Source: Promethearchaeota archaeon
Lineage (GTDB): Archaea > Asgardarchaeota > Lokiarchaeia > Sigyniarchaeales > SOKP01
Assembly (NCBI GenBank): GCA_016839765.1
Contig: JAEOTP010000076.1
Span: forward strand, 1-27,666
Length of the DNA stretch: 27,666 nucleotides
Direction: 5' to 3'
Below are positions 1-8,670 of the stretch, in pieces. The notes beneath the pieces were generated by a model, which saw only the letters and a program-made list of their open reading frames with translations, had not been told where the DNA came from and did not search any database. The first letter of the stretch is position 1. Every line of letters starts with the position of its first letter. Both the position numbers and the translations under genes were made by a program.

Positions 1-207
1 GAGGATTTCTTCTACTTCTTTTTAAATGGTGAACCGCTTCCTGCAGACTGGTACTGGATGGAAAACTTTGTTATTAATTTGAAAACTCTATTTGGTTCTC
101 CTATTACAAGTTGTGATCTACTTATATTCTGCATAATTATATCGGTAATTGCTCTCTTCATTCTATTCGATGGACATGGGTATATCTGGAAAAAAATTAG
201 GTCATAA
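1..207 (+). CDS. 3' end of a hypothetical membrane protein (truncated by window edge)
   Basis: Frame 1 is open from base 1 to TAA at 205-207 (EDFFYFFLNGEPLPADWYWM...LLIFCIIISVIALFILFDGHGYIWKKIRS). It contains a hydrophobic TM-like segment followed by a basic tail. Confidence 0.7.
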   Translation, partial: EDFFYFFLNGEPLPADWYWMENFVINLKTLFGSPITSCDLLIFCIIISVIALFILFDGHGYIWKKIRS

Positions 208-223
208 ATCCTAAAAAATTCCC

Positions 224-664
224 TTATTTTTTATTTTCTATATTTTTTACTTTATTACTTGTCTCAATCATACATGGCATACCTAACTTCTTTTCTATCC
301 ATTGATCTAAGCCTATTTCGCTTATCTTTGGAAGATTTTTGGGAGCTTGTTCTGATTGAGAAAATCGAATCTCAAATACTTTACACGGATAATCTTTGCA
401 TTCAGTACAAATTTTAATCTTTTGTCTTTTACCGCATTGTCGGATAAGGCATAAACGACACTCAAACCACATCTCTTCTTCAGGACCTTGGCAACCTTTG
501 CATTCTAAACTGGAAGTGTCAATTTTAATTCCAAATTCTTGACTTAAGGCTTTTGCTACCTGTTTTTTGAATTCAATATCGTCTGAATGGGCTGCCTGAA
601 AAAGATTACAATCAGTCCCACAAAAAATACCACAATAACCTAATAATTGATACTTATCTTTCAT
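224..664 (-). CDS. DUF3795-family Cys-rich metal-binding protein
   Basis: Typical pattern LGYCGIFCGTDC...CKGC...CRLCLIRQC...CTECKDYPC, followed by the 'IGLDQW' segment. Confidence 0.8.
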   Translation of the reverse strand: MKDKYQLLGYCGIFCGTDCNLFQAAHSDDIEFKKQVAKALSQEFGIKIDTSSLECKGCQGPEEEMWFECRLCLIRQCGKRQKIKICTECKDYPCKVFEIRFSQSEQAPKNLPKISEIGLDQWIEKKLGMPCMIETSNKVKNIENKK

Positions 665-684
665 AATTTTTTATACCTATTGAT

Positions 685-722
685 ATATTTTGTATATAAT
701 TCCAAAATATTTAAATATTTTG
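685..722. promoter_or_regulatory. Divergent promoter/operator between DUF3795 and Lrp, with a perfect 20-bp palindrome
   Basis: CAAAATATTTAAATATTTTG (703-722) is a perfect palindrome centred on TTTAAA. A further ATATTTTG half-site lies at 685-692. Confidence 0.5.
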
Positions 723-749
723 TATAATATCTAGTAATTGATAAAAAAA

Positions 750-1217
750 ATGAACATTGTCCAAACTAAATTAATTGATGATCTTAATAAAAATATCTTA
801 AAAGAATATCAAAAAGATGCTAGCGTAAGTTATAGAACACTAGCAAAAAAAATTGGAATACCGCCATCAACAGTGTTTTCCCGAATTAAACATATGAAAA
901 AAGCAGGAGTTATACGTGGGATAATTCCCTTAGTCGATCCTGAGGCATTGGGTAAATCTACGACAGCTTGGATCAAAATAAGCCTTGAAATTAATACTGA
1001 CTGTTGTGATTTTGCGGATGAGATAGCTAAATGGTCAAACTTGATGGAAGTCCATGAGATTGCCGGAGAATGGGATATCCTAATAAAAGTTAAAGTAGAA
1101 AATAATCTTTTGTTGCATGATCTCACAAAAAAAATCAGCAATATCCCTGGTATTAAGAATATGTTATCACTTATTGCCTTTAAGACAGTAAAAGATGACC
1201 CAAGAATTGATATATAA
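750..1217 (+). CDS. Lrp/AsnC family transcriptional regulator
   Basis: N-terminal HTH (IDDLNKNILKEYQKDASVSYRTLAKKIGIPPSTVFSRIKHMKKAGVI) and RAM domain (EVHEIAGEWDILIKV). ATG at 750 is preferred over TTG at 738. Confidence 0.92.
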   Translation: MNIVQTKLIDDLNKNILKEYQKDASVSYRTLAKKIGIPPSTVFSRIKHMKKAGVIRGIIPLVDPEALGKSTTAWIKISLEINTDCCDFADEIAKWSNLMEVHEIAGEWDILIKVKVENNLLLHDLTKKISNIPGIKNMLSLIAFKTVKDDPRIDI

Positions 1218-1307
1218 TCTGAATTAACTCAATTAATTTATGGAAAGCTCGAATAAATCTATATAAGTTTTCAAAAATTATTGGAATCACATAAATGAGC
1301 AGTAGTT

Positions 1308-2180
1308 ATGATGAATGAAAATAAATTAATCAAAAGCTTTCATAAGAGCTTAGAAGCTAAAGGTTATCAAGGACGAATCGTCCATGCGAGACATATTCCC
1401 GATTTACGGAATGATATCAGAAAGTATCACGAACAGAATCTTCTTTATCTCCCCTTATATAATGAGTATAAAGCATATTTTGAGTTTGAAGCAAAAGTAG
1501 ATTTTGCTCAGATAAATTCTCTTCTTATCATTGCAATTCCTCAGCCTCAAATAGAAGCGATTTTCCACTGGAATAAAAAAAGAGTTTCCTTATTTATTCC
1601 GCCAACTTATTTACATGGCCGTGAAATAATTGACTATATGACAAAATTTTTAAGTGATATATTCAAACCAGCAGGATATAACTTAGCTTATGCCATACTT
1701 CCCCAGAAAACTTTAGCCGTGCGTAGTGGTTTAGCGGAATATGGGAGAAACAATATTACTTATCTGCCAGAAATGGGTAGCTTTCATCGATTACTAACCT
1801 TTTATTCAGATTTTCCCATTGAAGATGGTAACTGGCAAGAACTCCGAATGATGGGTTTGTGTAAGGAATGTTCTGCATGTATTCGCAAATGTCCAACAGG
1901 AGCAATTCCAACTGATCGTTTCCTTTTGCGGGTTGAGAGGTATATTACATATCATAATGAACAACCAGAAGGAGTTCCTTTTCCAGAATGGCTTGACTCT
2001 TCTTGGCACAATTGCCTTGTTGGGTGCCTTCATTGTCAGAAAATATGTCCTGCAAATAAAAAAGTTAAAGATTGGATAGAACTTGGACCTATTTTTACTG
2101 AAGAGGAAACAAAATTGCTTTTAAATGGAAGAACTATTGATAATCTTCCTACGGAAACTAAAAAGAAAATATTTAGTTAA
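1308..2180 (+). CDS. QueG/epoxyqueuosine reductase-like 4Fe-4S protein, possibly degenerate
   Basis: Motifs LPQKTLAVRSGLAEYGRNNITY, GSFHRL, CKECSACIRKCPTGAI and CLVGCLHCQKICP. An expected Cys reads Tyr (ERYITY), and a plausible C-terminus continues in another frame to 2232. Confidence 0.75.
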   Translation: MMNENKLIKSFHKSLEAKGYQGRIVHARHIPDLRNDIRKYHEQNLLYLPLYNEYKAYFEFEAKVDFAQINSLLIIAIPQPQIEAIFHWNKKRVSLFIPPTYLHGREIIDYMTKFLSDIFKPAGYNLAYAILPQKTLAVRSGLAEYGRNNITYLPEMGSFHRLLTFYSDFPIEDGNWQELRMMGLCKECSACIRKCPTGAIPTDRFLLRVERYITYHNEQPEGVPFPEWLDSSWHNCLVGCLHCQKICPANKKVKDWIELGPIFTEEETKLLLNGRTIDNLPTETKKKIFS

Positions 2181-2429
2181 CTATTTAGAAGTTTTCCCGC
2201 GAAATTTAAGCGCTTTTCTTAAAAATGATTAAATCGTGAACTAGATTTGTTAATTCTTTATCAATTTTTTTTGGTTATATTTAAACCATGATTTAGAATT
2301 AAGAAATAAGAATCTTGAGATTATATATCTATTAAAAATTACTAAAGGAAACTACTTAAATTTTTTAATAAAGAAAATAATTAATTGTAGAGGAATTGGA
2401 TTTTTCAAATTATATCTGTGAAGAATACA

Positions 2430-3650
2430 ATGAGTAGAGATTTAAAAGATTTGATTGATGAGGCTGAAGAAGAACAACAATCCAGAGCGTATTTGGAAAA
2501 AACAATTGAAAAATTAAAGGTTGAAGTTACTAAGTTAAAAAATAAACTTGAAGCTCAAAAAGGCTCCTTTAAAATTGAACCTGTTGAGCATATTGAGGAA
2601 GGGAGTGAATCAGAAGAGATTAAAATTTTAAAGGACATGATTTCAACCCTTACCCAAAAAGTTGAGCAAAAAAATGATGAAAAGGAGCAATTACAAAAAA
2701 AAGTAGAAGATTTAAATCTGGAATTAGATGAAGTAAAAGAAAGTTTATCTGATACAATTAAAGATGAGATGTTATCACGAACTCAAAATTCCTTAAATAC
2801 CCTAATTCAAGATTATGGAAAATTAGAAAATGAGAATAAATCATTAAAGAAAAAACTTTCTGAGCTGGAAAAAGAAATTGGACAAAGTACTCAAGCCTTA
2901 AAAAGTGAAATATCTGAAAGCCCCATCAATGAACAATTAAAAAGTGAGATTTTTAACCTTGAGCGAAAAATCTCAACTTTAGAGAACACAAATAAAATAC
3001 TCAAGGACGATTTAGAAGTAATAATGACTAAAAAAGATTCTGCAGAAAGTTTAGACCGAATTGTTGACACTTTAAAAAAGAATAATTTAGAATTAGAAGA
3101 GGAAAATCGAAATTTATCAGAAAAATTAGATGTATTGAAGAGAGAAAAGCTCAAAATGTTCAAGTATGAATCTAAAATATCAGATTTAAATCGACAAATT
3201 GAAAAATTACAGAAAAAAAATCGAGAACTTCGAGAAAAAGACTCAATTTTATTGGCTAAAACAATTACAGCGCTACAACTTCATGATAAAAAAGAGGTAG
3301 AGATAACAAAACCTAAGCTTACTAAACCAATACAAATCTCCGAAGTTAGCCATATAGAAAAGGACGAAAAAATATTCGAAATGGAGCAGGAGACCTTAAA
3401 AGAACTTGAGGAGGAAAGTGAAATAATGACTACAAAAATTGATGATACTTCAGAACTCGTTTTAAAATCAGAAAAAATACTAGAATCAGAAGAAGGCGAA
3501 GTTATACGTAAGTGGCAATGTCCAAAGTGCGGAAATAACAATAAAGCACAAATTAGGGAAATAGATGATAAAACACGATTAATCTATGCTTATCCAAAGA
3601 TTTACGCTAAGAAATATCAATGTGGACAATGTGCTGCACAGTGGAGATAG
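2430..3650 (+). CDS. Long coiled-coil protein with C-terminal zinc ribbon
   Basis: About 290 aa of E/K/L-rich heptad sequence, an acidic linker, then CPKCG...CGQC...W. ATG at 2430 (GTG at 2418 is an alternative). Confidence 0.85.
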   Translation: MSRDLKDLIDEAEEEQQSRAYLEKTIEKLKVEVTKLKNKLEAQKGSFKIEPVEHIEEGSESEEIKILKDMISTLTQKVEQKNDEKEQLQKKVEDLNLELDEVKESLSDTIKDEMLSRTQNSLNTLIQDYGKLENENKSLKKKLSELEKEIGQSTQALKSEISESPINEQLKSEIFNLERKISTLENTNKILKDDLEVIMTKKDSAESLDRIVDTLKKNNLELEEENRNLSEKLDVLKREKLKMFKYESKISDLNRQIEKLQKKNRELREKDSILLAKTITALQLHDKKEVEITKPKLTKPIQISEVSHIEKDEKIFEMEQETLKELEEESEIMTTKIDDTSELVLKSEKILESEEGEVIRKWQCPKCGNNNKAQIREIDDKTRLIYAYPKIYAKKYQCGQCAAQWR

Positions 3651-3763
3651 AATCTAAATAAAACTAGCCATTATCAATTTAGAGGAAACCTTTCAAATAA
3701 AAAAAATCTTATTTTAATAATTATTTCTTCTCTTAACTATTGCATTTAAAATAAGGAATAATT

Positions 3764-4567
3764 ATGTCAATTATAGGAATTGATTACGAAAAATGTAATA
3801 ATTGTAAAATCTGCTTATCAACTTGTATATTGTTCAGATATAACCAAGAAACAGAAAAGATAGAATACAAAGATCCTCAGAATTTCTGCAACTTATGCGG
3901 ACAATGCATAGCACGGTGCCCTGAAAATGCGATTTTGCATGAAAATATGGGGGAGGCTTCCGAATTTGAGGGTGTGGGCAAACCAGATGCCATTCTATCC
4001 TATGACTCTCTTTATAATTTTATGCGCGCACATCGTTCAATCCGGCGTTTTAAAAAAAAGAAAGTACCTACTGAGCTCTTACGTTCAGTATTTGCTGCTA
4101 TGAATCACGCTCCTACAGGTGACAATGTAAGATCAGAAACCTTTTCAGTTCTCTCAGATCCTGATCAGATAAAGCGGCTTAACGATGTCGTAATTGAAGA
4201 GTTATTAAAAGATGAATATATGAATGATCGATATGGAAAACTATTTTATCTTTTAGGAAAATTTTTCCGTAGCCCTATTTATTTTGATGCCCCTCATGTT
4301 ATTTTTGTGAGTTCTCCTTATACTCATGAGGTTGAAATGAATAATATTGGAATTATCATTACATATGGTCGCTTAGCAGCACAATCACTAGGCTTAGGTA
4401 CATGTTGGAATGGATGGACCCAAATAGCAATGAACATTAACCCCAAAATAAAAAAATTAGCGAATATAAACGGAAAGAGGGTAGGAATATTTATTATTGG
4501 ATATCCTGCCGTAGAATTTTACCGTTCTGCCCCTCGTACAATGAAAGAGATTGATGGACTTCTCTAA
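3764..4567 (+). CDS. Nitroreductase family protein with N-terminal 2x[4Fe-4S] ferredoxin domain
   Basis: CNNCKICLSTC and CNLCGQCIARCP; nitroreductase motifs HRSIRRF, APTGDN and AAQSLGLGTCW. Confidence 0.92.
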   Translation: MSIIGIDYEKCNNCKICLSTCILFRYNQETEKIEYKDPQNFCNLCGQCIARCPENAILHENMGEASEFEGVGKPDAILSYDSLYNFMRAHRSIRRFKKKKVPTELLRSVFAAMNHAPTGDNVRSETFSVLSDPDQIKRLNDVVIEELLKDEYMNDRYGKLFYLLGKFFRSPIYFDAPHVIFVSSPYTHEVEMNNIGIIITYGRLAAQSLGLGTCWNGWTQIAMNINPKIKKLANINGKRVGIFIIGYPAVEFYRSAPRTMKEIDGLL

Positions 4568-4868
4568 ACTCTTTACCACTTTTTACCCTTATGCTTACTA
4601 ATAAAGAAATTTATTAGTTTTTTTATTTTATTTTTTTACTAAAACTTCATTCAAATCTAAGAATAGTTCCTTAAATAGTTTAAAATAGTGAACTTCATAT
4701 TAACTTTTAAGTCAAATTGAAGTTAAACTCATTTTAATTGTATTTTTATAGAGAAAAAAAAAGAAAAAAAAGATGTTAAAAAAAAGATGGAAAAATCAGT
4801 AAATCATAAAAAAGTTGTATGAAACCATTTTATCTTTTCTGAAAATTCCTTTTGTTTTTACTCTTACT

Positions 4869-4892
4869 TTATTAATTAGATCTAATTAATAA
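4869..4892. repeat. Perfect 24-bp palindrome overlapping the csp stop codon
   Basis: TTATTAATTAGATCTAATTAATAA is its own reverse complement. Confidence 0.8.
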
Positions 4893-5137
4893 CGTTTTTT
4901 TTTGGGTTTAAAACTCGGTCGAGGTCCTTTTTCTGTAATTTTTAAATTACTAGCTTGAGGACCTTTAGATCCTTCAGTTATTTCAAATTCTACTTTATCG
5001 CCCTCATAGATAGCTTTAAAATCATCTTCACCTTCAATAGATGAATAATGTACGAATACATCAGCAGCGCCGTCATCTCGAGTAATAAAACCATAGCCTT
5101 TACGGCGGTCAAACCATTTTACTGTTCCTTTTACCAT
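4886..5137 (-). CDS. cspA: Cold-shock domain protein with basic C-terminal tail
   Basis: KGTVKWF, RNP1 KGYGFI, RNP2 [14 protein letters not shown] and KGPQA. Confidence 0.95.
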   Translation of the reverse strand: MVKGTVKWFDRRKGYGFITRDDGAADVFVHYSSIEGEDDFKAIYEGDKVEFEITEGSKGPQASNLKITEKGPRPSFKPKKKRY

Positions 5138-5159
5138 TGAAAAAACCTAATGAACAAAT

Positions 5160-5186
5160 TGAGTACATACTTGATTAATGTACTCA
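5160..5186 (-). promoter_or_regulatory. Inverted repeat (9-9-9) upstream of csp; 5' UTR hairpin or operator
   Basis: TGAGTACAT-acttgatta-ATGTACTCA, 23-49 nt upstream of the csp ATG. Confidence 0.55.
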
Positions 5187-5354
5187 CAAATAAGTAAAAA
5201 GTAACCATTCCAAATAAATGTTTAAGAAAAAGAACTAAGATTATATCCTTAAATAGAGGACTAAGTAAAAGAAAATATTATAAGTAAAAGCGATCTGAGC
5301 AAATTAAGAGGACTGTAAACACTAATTACAAACTTTTTCTATATATAGAGCAAT

Positions 5355-5804
5355 TTACCATTCATAAAAACACTTAGTGCAAACATGTTTTTTAGCATAA
5401 ATCCTCCGAGGAATATAACTAAGTAATCGAGATTTATCTTCAACTTCCTTAATAGCAAATCCAAAGGCTCCACATTTGGGACATTCTCTTTTATTAAGAG
5501 TAATCGTATCAGTACTAGAAGTTATGATAGAATTTGCTGTCTGACCAACAACCGGAGTTTGTGCTGCTTGTGGTTGCGTTGTTGCTTGTGTCGGTTGTCC
5601 ATAGTTAGGAGATTGACTTGCTTGTTGCTGAAGACTCTGTATTTGAGCTTTCATTTGCTGATTTTCATTATATAATTGATTAATCTGATTATCTTTTTCA
5701 TTAATTAATGTTTGTAACTGATAAACTTGATTCTGTAATTCTGAAATTTGCGTAGTGAGTTCATTGATCCTTCTTTCATAGTCTTCCATATTTGAAAACA
5801 TCAT
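5355..5804 (-). CDS. Short coiled-coil/Q-rich protein with C-terminal zinc ribbon
   Basis: N-terminal Q/N-rich coiled coil, a Q/T/P low-complexity linker, then CPKCG...CTKC...W, similar to the C-terminus of 2430..3650. Confidence 0.85.
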   Translation of the reverse strand: MMFSNMEDYERRINELTTQISELQNQVYQLQTLINEKDNQINQLYNENQQMKAQIQSLQQQASQSPNYGQPTQATTQPQAAQTPVVGQTANSIITSSTDTITLNKRECPKCGAFGFAIKEVEDKSRLLSYIPRRIYAKKHVCTKCFYEW

Positions 5805-5956
5805 TCCATCTTACCTACTTACAAAACTGTAGTTGTATTATTAATCGACAAATAAATATTAAGGTTAAGTGCTATTTAAAAATTCTTACCCGAGGGGTTT
5901 TTGATTTTATTTTAAAAAAGATTATTAAATAAGTAAACGATTAATATTTTGTAGAA

Positions 5957-7474
5957 ATGACATCAATCACCATATACGATGGAACTAAAACAATCGGCGG
6001 AAATAAAATATATTTACAAGAGCAAAATAATGGCCTATTTCTCGATTTTGGAATGAATTTCAAAAAATATAGGGATTATTTTCAACATTATTTACAAGAA
6101 CGTTATTCACGAGGCATTTACGACCTCATTCAATTAAATTTAATTCCTAAATTGAAGAACTATAGAAGAGATTTAATTCCCTCTGATTTAGATATTTCCA
6201 GTTTTCCTTCATTAAATATTGATGCTGTGCTATTAAGTCACGCGCATATGGATCATTTTGGAAATATTTCTTTACTAGATGAAAAAATACCCATCGTTGC
6301 ATCACCAACTAGTATAGTGCTATTAAAAGCTATTAGGGATTGTTCAATAGCTACCTTGAATAATGAAGTTGCTTATTTTACTAAAAAAATCAGAGCAGAG
6401 GACGACAGAATTCTTAAAACTGATAAAAATGCTGTTTATTGTAGACAATTTTTCAGTACAAGTGATTTTCCACTTACTTTAGATGATTTTTTATCAATTC
6501 GTTTTAAAAAAAAGGAATTTGAAAAAGGAGATTTATGTGTTTTAAATGATTTTTCAACACCTTTTAAAATAAAAGCCTTTGAAGTAGATCATTCAATATA
6601 CGGTGCTACCGCATACATAATTAGTGGAGAAAATACCGTTGCCTATTCGGGTGATTTTCGACTTCACGGTAAAAAATCGGAACTCAGTAACAACTTCATA
6701 AAAAGTGCAAAAAGTGCTTCGGTTTTAATAATTGAAGGAACACGAGCTACAAAGAAGGATTTTAACGAACCCGAAGAAATTATTTATCAGAATTGCTTGA
6801 AACTTGTTGAAATGTCTAAAGATTTGGTAATTGCTGATTTTACAGCAAGGAATTTTGAACGCCTTGAAACTTTTCAAGAAATTGCACAAAAAGTAGGTAG
6901 AAAATTAATAATTACTACCAAAGATGCCTACTTGCTTAAGGCACTTGAAAAAGTTGATGGAATTAATCGGACAAAAGATATGTTAATTTATAAGATGTTA
7001 AAGGTAAGACCAAAGGGATGGGAATATTATCTTCTTAAGAATGAGCAAGATATTAATTTAATTGATCCAATGGAGATCTCAAAGAATCCAGAACAATATC
7101 TATTATGTTTCTCGTTCTTTGATGTAAAGAATCTGCTTGATATTAAACCCCTAAAAGGAACATATATTTATTCCTCGAGCGAAGCATTTGAAGAAGAATC
7201 AGAATTTGATTTTATAAGATTAAATAACTGGCTTAAACATTTTGGATTTGAAATCCATGGGTTTGAAATAGTTGAACAAAATGGAAAGTTAAAGCCAGAT
7301 TTTGTCAGAGGATTTCATGCGTCTGGCCATTTATCGCAGAGTGAAATAAGATGGGCAATTGAAAGAATTGATCCAGGTATTATTATTCCTGTACATACGG
7401 AAAATCCTCAATGGTTTGGAGAAAAGTTTGAAAATGCGGTTATTCTAAAAGATGGTCAAACTTTAACAATATAG
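5957..7474 (+). CDS. MBL-fold beta-CASP nuclease (RNase J-like)
   Basis: TIGGNKI, LDFG, SHAHMDH, VDHS, YSGDFRLHG, IEGT, HASGH and IIPVHT. Confidence 0.85.
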   Translation: MTSITIYDGTKTIGGNKIYLQEQNNGLFLDFGMNFKKYRDYFQHYLQERYSRGIYDLIQLNLIPKLKNYRRDLIPSDLDISSFPSLNIDAVLLSHAHMDHFGNISLLDEKIPIVASPTSIVLLKAIRDCSIATLNNEVAYFTKKIRAEDDRILKTDKNAVYCRQFFSTSDFPLTLDDFLSIRFKKKEFEKGDLCVLNDFSTPFKIKAFEVDHSIYGATAYIISGENTVAYSGDFRLHGKKSELSNNFIKSAKSASVLIIEGTRATKKDFNEPEEIIYQNCLKLVEMSKDLVIADFTARNFERLETFQEIAQKVGRKLIITTKDAYLLKALEKVDGINRTKDMLIYKMLKVRPKGWEYYLLKNEQDINLIDPMEISKNPEQYLLCFSFFDVKNLLDIKPLKGTYIYSSSEAFEEESEFDFIRLNNWLKHFGFEIHGFEIVEQNGKLKPDFVRGFHASGHLSQSEIRWAIERIDPGIIIPVHTENPQWFGEKFENAVILKDGQTLTI

Positions 7475-7674
7475 TAATTATAGGAAGAAATAAGGCTTAA
7501 ATTATAAGTAAAGTGGAAGAAAGTACTTTTCATTTAAGATTTTAAAAAAAGATGATTTAGAAAAAATTTCTCATATTACTTCTTTATATTTTGTTTCGTG
7601 AAAAATGAAACACAAATTAATGTATAATTTAAGTACAGAACCAAAAAATCGATATATTTTTAAATTAATCTAAC

Positions 7675-7701
7675 TAGTTCTATATAGTACAATCCTATAT
7701 A
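7675..7701. promoter_or_regulatory. Candidate MarR operator upstream of the PNPOx-MarR pair
   Basis: Imperfect palindrome TAGTTCTATATAGTACAA (7675-7692) overlapping TATATAG-N7-CTATATA (7681-7701), just upstream of ATG 7714. Confidence 0.45.
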
Positions 7702-7713
7702 AAACAAAGAATA

Positions 7714-8187
7714 ATGAAATTTAATATGGCTATTAATCAAGTAAAAAAAGAAAGTTTAAAATTAATGGAAGAGTCAAAAGCAGCTTATCTTACTACGATT
7801 AATCCTAATGGAGCTCCTATTACAAGAGCGATGCTTAATCTAAGAAACAAGGAGCAATTTCCAGAATTTTCTTCATTTTTTAAGAAGACAGAAAACAAAT
7901 TTCATATTTATATATCAACTAATACATCATCTTCTAAAGTAGCCCATATCGAAAAGAATCCAAGTATTAATGTCTACTTTTGCGATCCGGATGATTTTAA
8001 AGGAGTAATGTTAGGAGGAAAGGCGGAAGTAGTGGAAGATATAAAACTTAAAAATGAATTCTGGCTAGATTGGTGGACTAAATATTATCCAGAAGGAATA
8101 GATGATCCAGATTATACACTATTACGTTTAAATCCTAAGAATCTTAGATATTATTATAGGCTGAATAAGGTAAATTTGGAATTGTGA
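7714..8187 (+). CDS. Pyridoxamine 5'-phosphate oxidase-like (general stress protein 26-like) flavin-binding protein
   Basis: AYLTTINPNGAPITRAM, STNTSSSKVAHIEKNP and YYPEGIDDPDYTLL. Confidence 0.88.
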   Translation: MKFNMAINQVKKESLKLMEESKAAYLTTINPNGAPITRAMLNLRNKEQFPEFSSFFKKTENKFHIYISTNTSSSKVAHIEKNPSINVYFCDPDDFKGVMLGGKAEVVEDIKLKNEFWLDWWTKYYPEGIDDPDYTLLRLNPKNLRYYYRLNKVNLEL

Positions 8188-8193
8188 AAAACC

Positions 8194-8643
8194 ATGGAAA
8201 CTCAAAGCCAAGGAGGGTTTTTGATTGCGAAAATTCATCAATTATCCCAGAGGATTTTCGCAAGAATTCTTAGGGATGCAAACCTAACTGAATTGAATCC
8301 TGCTCAAGGGAGAATTATGTTTGTTTTGTGGCGTGCGGATAACATTTCTATCCATGAGCTTTCAAAAAGAACGATTTTAAGTAAATCAACTTTAACATCA
8401 ATGCTAGATAGACTTGAGCAAGCAGGATTTATTAAAAGAGTTCCTTCTAAAAAAGATAGAAGAGAGATTTTAATACAATTAACTGAAAAGAACAAATTAC
8501 TTCAAGAAAAATATGTAGACGTTTCAAAAAACATGACTAAAATATATTACAATGATTTCACTGTTGAAGAAATGAATAATTTTGAAAATAAATTACAAAA
8601 AATCTTAGAAAATTTAATAAAATACAACAAGAAAAAGGTATAA
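8194..8643 (+). CDS. MarR family transcriptional regulator
   Basis: LNPAQGRIMFVLW, LSKSTLTSMLDRLEQAGFIKRVPSKKDRR and IQLT. Confidence 0.93.
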   Translation: METQSQGGFLIAKIHQLSQRIFARILRDANLTELNPAQGRIMFVLWRADNISIHELSKRTILSKSTLTSMLDRLEQAGFIKRVPSKKDRREILIQLTEKNKLLQEKYVDVSKNMTKIYYNDFTVEEMNNFENKLQKILENLIKYNKKKV

Positions 8644-8670
8644 ATAAAAAAAGGAATAATTAATATTATT

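Noticed and set aside
2430-3650. Calling the long coiled-coil protein SMC, Rad50 or myosin
   Set aside because: There are no Walker motifs, hinge or motor domain; the similarity would be generic coiled coil only.
4568-4870. Possible ncRNA, tRNA or CRISPR array in the long intergenic region
   Set aside because: It is very AT-rich with homopolymer runs and shows no cloverleaf or regularly spaced repeats. It is best explained as convergent terminators.
8185-8196. PNPOx TGA stop is in frame with the MarR ATG (possible readthrough fusion)
   Set aside because: Both proteins are complete on their own, in-frame spacing occurs one time in three by chance, and no recoding signal is visible.
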